From assembly GCA_044358835.1 (NCBI GenBank), contig JBIKNF010000004.1, forward strand, positions 20,047 to 84,046: a stretch of 64,000 nt of DNA, in the 5' to 3' direction. Source of the DNA: Vampirovibrionales bacterium (GTDB lineage Bacteria; Cyanobacteriota; Vampirovibrionia; Vampirovibrionales; JAJTHC01). Shown here piece by piece: positions 1-8,087 of this stretch (position 1 is the first letter of the stretch; each line of letters opens with the position of its first letter). The notes under the pieces are model-generated. The model was not told the origin of the DNA, ran no database searches, and saw only the letters and a list, made by a program, of their open reading frames with translations. The position numbers were made by a program, and so were the translations under genes.

Positions 1-446
1 GTGTTCCAAGGGTTATAACTGGGGTGAAAGGCACTTTTTTCACAAGAAGAACCCATGGCAAATTCGTCCAAGTTGGTTTTGCCCACAATAGGCATGTGGT
101 GGGCTTTAATTTTGCTGATGACGGTGGCATCATAGGGCGACACATAGGATTCTAACATTTTACTGGCACAGGTGGTTTTGGTGCCCGTGACGTTGAGGTT
201 GTCTTTAATGGCAATCGGCACACCCGCAAGCAAGGGTAGCGTGCTGGCGTTTCCCGCTTTTACGGTGGCATCGACGCCTTGGGCGGTGGCGTAGGCCTGT
301 TCTTTGTTGAGGCTTAAAAAGGCTTGAATTTGGCCGTCATGGGCTTCAATACGAGCAAACTGTTCGTCTAAAATCGCGCAAGCGCTTTGCGAACCCGTGG
401 CAATGGCAGACGCCAGTTCTAGGGCAGTAGGAAGTGCGGTTGACAT
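1..446 (-). CDS. gatA: Asp/Glu-tRNA amidotransferase subunit A, N-terminal part (runs off the window)
   Basis: Manual translation from ATG at 446: [12 protein letters not shown]...[11 protein letters not shown]...TTCASKML...[15 protein letters not shown], the amidase-signature motifs of GatA. Not in the ORF track because its stop lies outside the window. Confidence 0.95.
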   Translation of the reverse strand, partial: MSTALPTALELASAIATGSQSACAILDEQFARIEAHDGQIQAFLSLNKEQAYATAQGVDATVKAGNASTLPLLAGVPIAIKDNLNVTGTKTTCASKMLESYVSPYDATVISKIKAHHMPIVGKTNLDEFAMGSSCEKSAFHPSYNPWN

Positions 447-587
447 AGGTATTCCTTTCAAGCAATTTTAAACACTCGTACTTTTTTAAAGTAACATAAA
501 AGTGTAAAAATGTCTTGAAGCCATTTCTAAAGCGCCAAGGCCTAAGAAATGGCCTTGGCACCTTCGCCAAACCAATGTTACGGCGCA

Positions 588-815
588 CTAGCTAACGTGT
601 AACAACGCCACAGGTAACATAATGGCGGCCAGCATGCACACCATAAATATGACCACCGCCACAATCTTTAGAGTGCTTAATACGGCGGTGTACTGCCCTG
701 AATCCTGGCGAAGGTTTTGTTTCACCAGTTCAATGGCAATGCGTTGTTTGAATGACGTAAAATCGTCGGTAGTTAAAGGCGATTCAAAAGAAATGGATTC
801 GCTAAATTGAGACAT
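588..815 (-). CDS. Small hypothetical protein with C-terminal membrane helix (75 aa)
   Basis: The ATG at 815 follows an AGGGGA-like SD. Sequence MSQFSESISF...KIVAVVIFMVCMLAAIMLPVALLHVS. The longer track start at 971 would overlap tRNA-Phe and its promoter. Confidence 0.6.
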   Translation of the reverse strand: MSQFSESISFESPLTTDDFTSFKQRIAIELVKQNLRQDSGQYTAVLSTLKIVAVVIFMVCMLAAIMLPVALLHVS

Positions 816-966
816 ATGCAGTTCCCCTTGTCTTCGTGGTATTGTTATTTTTTTAGTGAGCATCGGTCGTTCCCAAGATCCGATGCTACAGATATAAAAA
901 CACGTGGTGTACAAAAATTGCGTTGACAAGCCCCTTTTTTTGAGCGTTAATAAAAGAGTAATAAAT

Positions 967-1042
967 GCCACCTTAGCTCAGTCGGTAGAGCAGGGGACTG
1001 AAAATCCCCGTGTCGCTGGTTCGATTCCGGCAGGTGGCACCA
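967..1042 (+). tRNA. tRNA-Phe (GAA), CCA encoded
   Basis: Cloverleaf: acceptor GCCACCT/AGGTGGC, D-arm GCTC/GAGC, anticodon arm GGGGA-CTGAAAA-TCCCC, T-loop TTCGATT, 3' ACCA. TTGACA lies at 923-928 upstream. Confidence 0.97.
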
Positions 1043-1044
1043 CT

Positions 1045-1076
1045 TCCTCTTCACCTTGTGTGAAGGGGATTTTTTT
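1045..1076 (+). terminator. Intrinsic terminator after tRNA-Phe
   Basis: TCCTCTTCAC-CTTGT-GTGAAGGGGA stem followed by a T run. Confidence 0.7.
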
Positions 1077-1092
1077 ATAGGGGAGGCTTGGT

Positions 1093-1623
1093 TTAATATG
1101 ACGGTTTCATTACAATAATGAGCTTAGGCACGGCCCACACCCCCAAAGCCAGCAGGGCAAGGCCAAGCCCGTGTTGCAAAGCCATGTTTAAAAGTAGCGT
1201 CCCCCAAGCTGGTGTGGAACTAGTGGTGAAGCACTGGTAGAGGTTAAACACGTAGCTAGAAAAAGTCGTCATGGCCCCTAAGTAACCGGTTAAAAAAAAG
1301 ATCCGAAACGCAGGAGTCCCAAAACGCTCAGGCAAGGCAAGGCTTAAGCCGACTCCTATTCCAAAACCCAAGCACCCCAGTAAGTTAATGCCTAAAATGC
1401 CGTGCCATTCAACTGAAAATAGGCGGGTGATTCCGTAGCGGGTAAAAGCCCCCAGGCAAGCCCCTAGGCTGAGTAACAGCCAAACCGGAAGCTCATTAAA
1501 GGTGTGCAGTAAGGAACGGATCAAAGGCAAGGCGTCGGACTCCTCTACTTGTTGGGGGGGGTGAAGGGGGAGATTTCTTTGGTCGAATAAAAATTCACTG
1601 TAAGGTACCGTCCGTATAAGCAT
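1093..1623 (-). CDS. crcB: Fluc/CrcB fluoride channel (start uncertain, 1641 to about 1528)
   Basis: LGACLGAFTRY, NLLGCLGFG and GYLGAMTTFSSY motifs with four hydrophobic helices. The track extension to 1920 is antisense to the next gene. Confidence 0.85.
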   Translation of the reverse strand: MLIRTVPYSEFLFDQRNLPLHPPQQVEESDALPLIRSLLHTFNELPVWLLLSLGACLGAFTRYGITRLFSVEWHGILGINLLGCLGFGIGVGLSLALPERFGTPAFRIFFLTGYLGAMTTFSSYVFNLYQCFTTSSTPAWGTLLLNMALQHGLGLALLALGVWAVPKLIIVMKPSY

Positions 1624-1639
1624 AACATGGAACTTGCCC

Positions 1640-2902
1640 ATGCATCGTGACTTTTTTAACGCATTTTTCAAACCCTTTGGCTGGCATCGAATCGGACGCC
1701 TTGGCCTGTTGTGGGTGTTGTTACTATTTTGCACGGGGCCTCTTTTCTTAAGCGGATGCGATGTGCCGGGGAGTAAACCGCCTGTAGAAGAAGGATCGCC
1801 AGAAGCCGAAGGCGAAGACACTGAAGAAAGCGAAGACGGTGAAGGTGAAGGTGAAGGCGAAGACGGTGAAGAAGGCGAATCCCCCAAAAAGCCCGTCGTC
1901 CCCACTCCCCCCGCACTCACGCATTTAAACTACACCCTCCCCGAAGACTTCCACCCCACTCGACTGAGCTGGACAACCGCGGACGGCTTTATTCTACAAG
2001 GCGATTTATACAGCCCGTATGGCGAAGTACAAGCCCTCAAAGCGCCTGCCCCCCCCAAAGCCGCAGCACCCGCAGGTGATGAGGAGGCGGAAGCAGAGGC
2101 CGAAGACGCGGAAGCCCCCGAAGAAGAGGCTGAAGCCCCTGCCAAACCTAAAACCCCTCCGCCACGGCCCGTGCCAAGCTTTCGATACCCCTTGGTGGTG
2201 TTGACGCATCGTTTGTCGTCTTCAGGCAAGCGGGTGAAGTTTTTGGTACCAGAGTTTGTTAAGGCAGGCTATGCGGTTTTGGTATTGGACGTTCGGGGCC
2301 ACGGCATAAGTGAAGGCTTGGCGTATGGGGGCATGAAATCTTGGCGGGTGTTTGACGCCTTGGACTGGAGGCAACTCACCAAGGATCTAAAGCAGGTGGA
2401 ACAGTACTTTAGGCGCCCCGAACTGGATCTCGCCAAGTTCCCCCTAGAAGTAAAACCCAAGAAAATGACGATGATTGCCGAAGGCATTAGTGCCAACGCT
2501 TGTTTGGTAAACGCAGCGGAACAAGATGTTCATTTGAATGCTGTGATTAGTATTGGAGCCACCCTTGAAAGTAAGAAAATTAGCCCTATTTTGGCGGTCA
2601 TGAATAGCCATGTGCCGATTTTATACATGGCCAGTGAAAGTGAAGAAATGAGCTATGCAGACACGCAAAAGCTTTTTCGCATTACGGAATCGGCCAAAGC
2701 GCTAAGTTTATTTGCGGATGAAGGCCCAGGGATGGAACTGTTACGCAATGATGTAAAGGCTCAACAAACGGCCATGGCGTGGGTAAAGCGCTACATGCCC
2801 CCCGCAGAAGTGGAACCCGCCTTTCAGCAGGCGTTAAAAAACGCGACCATGGCGTGGGCGAAGCACAAGTCAACTCCACAGCCGATTGCTCATACCATTT
2901 AA
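1640..2902 (+). CDS. Lipoprotein with acidic/Ala-Pro low-complexity linkers and a degenerate alpha/beta-hydrolase domain
   Basis: Lipobox LSGC, E/G/D-rich tracts and a YAVLVLDVRGHGIS hydrolase motif. The nucleophile elbow reads IAEGISANA. Confidence 0.75.
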   Translation: MHRDFFNAFFKPFGWHRIGRLGLLWVLLLFCTGPLFLSGCDVPGSKPPVEEGSPEAEGEDTEESEDGEGEGEGEDGEEGESPKKPVVPTPPALTHLNYTLPEDFHPTRLSWTTADGFILQGDLYSPYGEVQALKAPAPPKAAAPAGDEEAEAEAEDAEAPEEEAEAPAKPKTPPPRPVPSFRYPLVVLTHRLSSSGKRVKFLVPEFVKAGYAVLVLDVRGHGISEGLAYGGMKSWRVFDALDWRQLTKDLKQVEQYFRRPELDLAKFPLEVKPKKMTMIAEGISANACLVNAAEQDVHLNAVISIGATLESKKISPILAVMNSHVPILYMASESEEMSYADTQKLFRITESAKALSLFADEGPGMELLRNDVKAQQTAMAWVKRYMPPAEVEPAFQQALKNATMAWAKHKSTPQPIAHTI

Positions 2903-3039
2903 ACGAATAAATAGCGTATAGGTGGATTCTAGGAGCCTAGACTCGCAGATGGGTGAAGTGTACATAAACGTACATAAGCACATCGAGAACCTGAGCGACA
3001 AAGAAGACGCCAGACGCTATTTAATCGCTTAATTGGTAT
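2892..3039. mobile_element. MITE-like repeat family A, copy 1 (148 bp, about 26-bp imperfect terminal inverted repeats)
   Basis: ATACCATTTAAACGAATAAATAGCGT...ACGCTATTTAATCGCTTAATTGGTAT; 144/148 identical to 14530-14677. Confidence 0.85.
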
Positions 3040-3147
3040 CAGGGTGAAGTACACACAGGGGCTTGATGAAGAAACTGTAACCAAAGGGCAGTTTAGTCAC
3101 ATATAGTGTTCAAAAGATAAAGCGGTTGCTGTTGTTTAAATCCGATC

Positions 3148-3180
3148 AAAAAAGTGACTTCTCTTTTGAAGAGAAGCCAC
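3148..3180 (-). terminator. Intrinsic terminator after rpsG
   Basis: GTGACTTCTCTT-TTG-AAGAGAAGCCAC hairpin with an A6 run on + (U6 on -) at 3148-3153. Confidence 0.75.
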
Positions 3181-3201
3181 GTTTGGTAGGATTTTTTCGC
3201 T

Positions 3202-3675
3202 TTAGTAGCGATAGTGAGCAAACGCTTTGTTGGCTTCGGCCATACGGTGCGTTTCATCACGCTTTTTCATGGTGGCTCCGCCCCCAGAAGAAATTTCCCA
3301 TAATTCAGCGGCCAAACGCTCACTCATTGAACGTCCACCACGCTTACGAGAAAATCCAATAATCCAACGGCTAGCAATGGCTTCACCCATGGCGTCATCC
3401 ACTTCCATAGGCACTTGGTAGGTGGAACCTCCCACACGACGAGATTTGACACGCACTAAAGGGCGGGCTTTGTCTAGGGCGGTAAAGAATAATTCCACAC
3501 CACTTTGCTCAGAATCTTTGTTATCTAAAATTTCAAGGGCATCATAAAAAATACCTTCTGCGGTACTTTTTTTACCTTTTTGCATCAAGCGGTTAATGAA
3601 CTTGGCCACACGCACATTGTTGTAAACAGAATCAGGTAAAGGAACCCGTTTTTCGGGACGATAACGACGAGGCAT
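3202..3675 (-). CDS. rpsG: 30S ribosomal protein S7
   Basis: MPRR...KFINRLMQKGKKSTAE...SRRVGGSTYQVP...HRMAEANKAFAHYRY. Confidence 0.98.
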   Translation of the reverse strand: MPRRYRPEKRVPLPDSVYNNVRVAKFINRLMQKGKKSTAEGIFYDALEILDNKDSEQSGVELFFTALDKARPLVRVKSRRVGGSTYQVPMEVDDAMGEAIASRWIIGFSRKRGGRSMSERLAAELWEISSGGGATMKKRDETHRMAEANKAFAHYRY

Positions 3676-3768
3676 GTTTGATAAAACTCCTAAAAATTAA
3701 GGGGAAAGTATAAAATGTATCGAAACGACTTAAAGAATAGTCAAAGCATTGACTAAAGCACAGAACGC

Positions 3769-4161
3769 TTATTTTTTCTTTTTACCGACTTCGCCACTTT
3801 TCTTTACACCATACTTAGAACGGGATTGCTTACGGTTTTTAACGCCTTCGCAATCTAAGGTGCCACGAATAATGTGGTAACGTACACCGGGAAGATCTTT
3901 CACACGACCACCACGAATCAAGACGACCGAGTGTTCTTGCAAGTTGTGACCCACCCCTGGGATGTACGACGTGACTTCAAAACCGTTGGTTAAACGCACA
4001 CGAGCCACCTTACGCAAGGCGGAGTTTGGCTTCTTGGGCGTTGTGGTATACACACGGGTACACACCCCACGACGCTGTGGGCAAGCCACTAAAGCAGGGG
4101 ATTTGGTCTTTTTAATAATGGATTTACGTTCGCTACGAACCAATTGTGCAATTGTAGGCAC
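3769..4161 (-). CDS. rpsL: 30S ribosomal protein S12
   Basis: GTG start at 4161 after a [17 protein letters not shown]...[19 protein letters not shown]...[13 protein letters not shown]. Confidence 0.98.
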   Translation of the reverse strand: MPTIAQLVRSERKSIIKKTKSPALVACPQRRGVCTRVYTTTPKKPNSALRKVARVRLTNGFEVTSYIPGVGHNLQEHSVVLIRGGRVKDLPGVRYHIIRGTLDCEGVKNRKQSRSKYGVKKSGEVGKKKK

Positions 4162-4345
4162 AGAGGAAACCTCCTCAAATAATGTTAATAGTAGGGACAA
4201 TACGTCAGCACTGCTAGGGTTTGGGATATTGCTTTGCAACTCTTTCCGTTTTTCAAGTTTCTGTGTAATTTTCTATTTTAGATTTTTACACGGCAACCAC
4301 CTAAAAAAGGAAGGGAACAATACACCCTTTAGCCTAAGCTTTACT

Positions 4346-4374
4346 AGCTTAAACAAAGCATACGTGCTTGTCAA
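4346..4374 (-). promoter_or_regulatory. Sigma-70 promoter for rpsL-rpsG
   Basis: Minus strand TTGACA-17 nt-TAAGCT, giving a leader of about 180 nt before rpsL. Confidence 0.7.
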
Positions 4375-4466
4375 TGCTTTTTCATGGGTTTTGTAACGTT
4401 GTTTTTTTAGTCTGTTGCTTCTATATTAAAGTAAATCGTCAACCCCTAAGGATCTTCACCCCCCAC

Positions 4467-5471
4467 ATGCCCCCCACAAGTCGACCCCATAATTGGATGC
4501 CCCCGTCTCTCCTGCCCCCAATGGCAGGCTGGTTACTGGTGGGCTTTCTCCTTTTTTACCCTGTCGTCTTATTGGGGGCTAAACAATTTCTTCCAGCCCT
4601 TCTCATTCAAGCTGAAGCCCTCACTCAAGGCAAAGGTCTCATCATTCCAGTGCCGTTTATGCTGAAATTCTTGATTTTTATTTTACTAGGGGGGGGAGGC
4701 TTGCTTTTACTTCGTTTACGGTTGGATGTCGCCTATCTCACCCACTGGGCAACGCAGTTTCCTCGTCCTCATCCCTTGCATGTAGACTATCACCCCGCTG
4801 AACCGTATAGCCTTTATGCCTTAGGACGCTGGGTGTTGTACCGCTTTTTGCGTATTGGCACCATCCCCCTACTTTTAGGGCTAAGCCTTGTCATCAGCCT
4901 ATGGCTTCAACTGCTTTTTCTGAACACATTTTTAGGAACCCCCTTCATGAAATGGCCTGTTGTTTATATCTTAGGCATTTTTTGGGTGCTGAGCTTGGGG
5001 CTATTGTTTTTCGCTTCTTTAGTCAATGCCGTGTGGCAAAGTTTAGGTTCTACCTTTGGGGTGTGTGCGGTCGTCACTGAACCGATGAAGGCACAACCGA
5101 TCTTGTTTAATCGCTGCCAACGCCTAAGTGCTTATACCCCGTGGGCATGGGGGCTGTATGGCTTAAAACTCTTGCTTCACCTATTGTGGGGGGGGGTGAG
5201 CCTATGGCTTCTATGGCATTACACTGTGAAAGATTTACTCACCCCTTATTTCCCTTGGTGGTGGGTATTACCCGCTTTATTGGGTTTGTGGCTAGCTGAA
5301 GTGTGCTTGGGCTATGCGCGTTTTGCGATTTATCACTTGGCTTTAGAAAAGTTTTACCAACAGTTGCCTCGTTTTATGAAAGAAGCGTTTACCCCCCCCG
5401 TGTCGATTTTCGAATCGCCTTTAGGAGTCACTCGTTCAACAGATCTTCATATAGAAGCCCCTGAAACATGA
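4467..5471 (+). CDS. Hypothetical multi-pass membrane protein
   Basis: Long ORF with about 6 hydrophobic segments. ATG at 4467 follows AAGGA. The stop overlaps the rsmD start (ATGA). Confidence 0.7.
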   Translation: MPPTSRPHNWMPPSLLPPMAGWLLVGFLLFYPVVLLGAKQFLPALLIQAEALTQGKGLIIPVPFMLKFLIFILLGGGGLLLLRLRLDVAYLTHWATQFPRPHPLHVDYHPAEPYSLYALGRWVLYRFLRIGTIPLLLGLSLVISLWLQLLFLNTFLGTPFMKWPVVYILGIFWVLSLGLLFFASLVNAVWQSLGSTFGVCAVVTEPMKAQPILFNRCQRLSAYTPWAWGLYGLKLLLHLLWGGVSLWLLWHYTVKDLLTPYFPWWWVLPALLGLWLAEVCLGYARFAIYHLALEKFYQQLPRFMKEAFTPPVSIFESPLGVTRSTDLHIEAPET

Positions 5472-6046
5472 TTAAAATACTGGCGGGACAATTTAAAGGT
5501 AGACTCCTTCAAACGCCAAAAGGAAGGGCTGTGAGACCCACCACGGCTCGGGTGCGTCAGCGCCTTTTTGACGTGTTGGCGTCCTATTGGCCCGATTCAA
5601 CAGGGGTGGATGCCTTTGCTGGTTCAGGGGCCATTGGCTTTGAAGCCCTTAGTCGTGGCGCGCGTAAGGTGTATGCCACGGAAACGCACCCACTACACGT
5701 CAAACTTATGCAACAAAATGCAGAAACCCTAAAGCTTACGAAAAACGAGTATACACTTGAAAATAAGTCCTTTGAAGCGTGGTGGAAGGCACAATCCAAC
5801 GACGTGGTGGGGTCTTTAGATTGGGTGTTTTTGGATCCCCCTTATGGCTACGAGGGTTTAGCAAGCCTTTTGGCGGAACTATTGACGCATTCGGCCTTGG
5901 CGGTGGGGACTTTAGTCATTGTAGAACATGGCAACACAAGTCAAGAGAAAGCGGTGCTAGAAGCCGTTATTAAGCCGTCGTGGGCGAGTGTGTTTCGCGT
6001 GCTGGACTGCGGAGATTCGAGCGTGTGGATTTTAGAGAAACGATGA
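5468..6046 (+). CDS. rsmD: 16S rRNA m2G966 methyltransferase
   Basis: MIKILAGQFKGRLL, VRPTTARVRQRLF, DAFAGSGAIGFEALSRGA and FLDPPY motifs. Confidence 0.93.
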   Translation: MIKILAGQFKGRLLQTPKGRAVRPTTARVRQRLFDVLASYWPDSTGVDAFAGSGAIGFEALSRGARKVYATETHPLHVKLMQQNAETLKLTKNEYTLENKSFEAWWKAQSNDVVGSLDWVFLDPPYGYEGLASLLAELLTHSALAVGTLVIVEHGNTSQEKAVLEAVIKPSWASVFRVLDCGDSSVWILEKR

Positions 6047-6127
6047 CCGCACTTTTTTTATTTGAGGAGGTTTCATGCTTATAAGTGTATAAAATAGCTG
6101 CATAGACATTGGCACAAGGATTTTTTC

Positions 6128-8005
6128 ATGATGATGAGCAACGAATATCTGGATACCATGCAGGCGTTTTTTAGAAATCGCCCTCGCTTGAACGACTGGC
6201 AACAGCAAAAAGCCGATGAAACTAAGCAAAGCGACGTGTACTATCAAGCCAAACCACTTCAACCGCAAGATCAAACCCGTGTCAATCAAAAAGTTGAACG
6301 AATTTTAGATGCCACCACCGTCTTGGATCAAGCATCTGAACAAGCCGCCCAAAGCACTGAAGTGGCGATCGGTAGTGTAGTAGGCTTGGGAACGCTTCCT
6401 GTAGTGATGGGCTTAAGCTTGGGTTCCCTTTTCTTAGCCGAAAATGCACTAAAAAAAGCTAAAAATCCCTTACTTGGGTTGTCTAAATACTTAACAATTC
6501 TTGGGGCAGGGGTTATCCCCACCCTTGCTTTAACAGGCTTTTCAGCCATTTGGGGGGCTCAACAAGAAACACGCGCCTCTCGTATCGCTCGACGCCAAAC
6601 CCGCCAAGGTGAACTCGCCAACCCCAATCGTTATGCGTTATTCACGGAAGAACAAAAGCAAATCGCATTACAAAATGCCTCCCACATTTCAAATGAATCC
6701 ATTGAAGCCGAAGAAAAAGCCAAAAATGATAAAACCGACGGCTTGGGCGGAGCTTTCCATCAGCTTAAAACGCTCGCAACGGACAAACAGTCCCATGAGC
6801 GAGACGAGTTACTCAACAAAGTGAATGAACGCTTAAACAAGCCTAATCAAGCCTTTTTACCACAGAATGAAAAAGAGTTGAAAGAAGATGCTGCGTTGGT
6901 GTCGAACATCACCCGAACGATTAACGATCAAAGTGAATCCTATACGGAAAATGTGGAAAATGCGTATCAAACCCTTAGCTTAGGATTTTCTTCCCTTGTG
7001 GCACTTCCGCTTACCCTAGGCATCACTTATTTACTTAGCAAAACAAAAATCCTAAAAGAAGGAGATTTTTCAACCAAAGCTCTAGTGGGTCTGGTCACAT
7101 TTTTGATTCTTGAAATCCCGCTTTTGATGTTGGGAAACAGCTTAGAACGTGACGGAGCCAGAGTGGCTCGTTGGAAGGCACGTCAGGACATAAAAAATAA
7201 TCCCAACAGTATGCTCGCCGTGCCTGATGAGGACAAGGCTTCGGTACAAGGCATTAAAGATGAAAACTTCAAACCTAAAGGCATTTGGGATAGCTTCAAG
7301 CAAGCCTTTACCCTACCTTTTGAGTTTATGAAAGACCATAAAGCGTATCAAGCGTGGGAAAAAACCGAAGGCATCGAAGAAAAGAAGCGTCGTAAGGCGT
7401 TGGATCAAATCCAACTAAGCCCTGAACAACGTGAAAAAGCCAAGCGTTTACAGGCTCGTACGCATGAAGCCTTTAACTTGACGGATGAATATTCGCAAGA
7501 CAGCGAAATGATGGAAGCCAGTACAGATACCCTCAAACAAATTGCAGGAGAAATTCCGCAATTGGCGTTAATGGCTCCTGCGGTGGCGATAGTGGCAGGG
7601 CATTATGTACCTTTGCCTAAGGTCAAATGGCTTGAAGAAGCAGCGAAGACGCATGGCATTGAAGTGCCGACAACTGATGTTAAAAAATGGGAACCCTTGC
7701 TCACTGATTGGCGTTTAGAAGCCTTGAAAGAATCGAAGCAAGTCAAATGGGTACAAAACCAATATAAAGAAATTAACGAAAAAATGGGGAAAGCACTGTT
7801 TAATAAGGGACTTCTTTTTCCTATCATAGGGGGGTTAGCTGTTTTACTAGGGCCGGTTTTATTGCTTAACAGCCTTTTCACACGCTGGCAGAAAGATTCG
7901 ATGCGGGTGGGCTTGATGCAAGCCGATGACGCCATGAAGCATCCCAACTTTTTTAAGTTGGACGGCCAAGAAAAGCAACGCCCTCCCAATCCCACCGTGG
8001 CTTAA
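6128..8005 (+). CDS. Hypothetical membrane protein with three internal repeats, each holding a hydrophobic hairpin
   Basis: 625-aa ORF with three similar modules; no signal peptide seen. Confidence 0.8.
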   Translation: MMMSNEYLDTMQAFFRNRPRLNDWQQQKADETKQSDVYYQAKPLQPQDQTRVNQKVERILDATTVLDQASEQAAQSTEVAIGSVVGLGTLPVVMGLSLGSLFLAENALKKAKNPLLGLSKYLTILGAGVIPTLALTGFSAIWGAQQETRASRIARRQTRQGELANPNRYALFTEEQKQIALQNASHISNESIEAEEKAKNDKTDGLGGAFHQLKTLATDKQSHERDELLNKVNERLNKPNQAFLPQNEKELKEDAALVSNITRTINDQSESYTENVENAYQTLSLGFSSLVALPLTLGITYLLSKTKILKEGDFSTKALVGLVTFLILEIPLLMLGNSLERDGARVARWKARQDIKNNPNSMLAVPDEDKASVQGIKDENFKPKGIWDSFKQAFTLPFEFMKDHKAYQAWEKTEGIEEKKRRKALDQIQLSPEQREKAKRLQARTHEAFNLTDEYSQDSEMMEASTDTLKQIAGEIPQLALMAPAVAIVAGHYVPLPKVKWLEEAAKTHGIEVPTTDVKKWEPLLTDWRLEALKESKQVKWVQNQYKEINEKMGKALFNKGLLFPIIGGLAVLLGPVLLLNSLFTRWQKDSMRVGLMQADDAMKHPNFFKLDGQEKQRPPNPTVA

Positions 8006-8030
8006 TGCCTAATCGTGACACGCTAAAAAA

Positions 8031-8058
8031 CACGCCTGCGATGATTTTCGCAGGCGTG
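8031..8058. terminator. Hairpin between convergent genes (probable terminator)
   Basis: Perfect 11-bp stem CACGCCTGCGA-TGATTT-TCGCAGGCGTG, preceded by an A run. Confidence 0.7.
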
Positions 8059-8087
8059 TGGTTCTTTCAGGAGGTGCATTGGGGGAT

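Noticed and set aside
1624-1920. Ser/Pro-rich N-terminal extension of CrcB; fluoride riboswitch
   Set aside because: The extension is the antisense shadow of the acidic linker of the divergent lipoprotein gene. No fluoride-riboswitch consensus was seen.
3769-4161. Streptomycin-resistance alleles in rpsL
   Set aside because: The relevant lysines in PKKPNS and RVKDLP are wild type.
4166-4179. Identical 14-mer TTTGAGGAGGTTTC at the rpsL SD and at 6061-6074
   Set aside because: Half of it is the SD itself, and exact 14-mer pairs are expected by chance in 64 kb.
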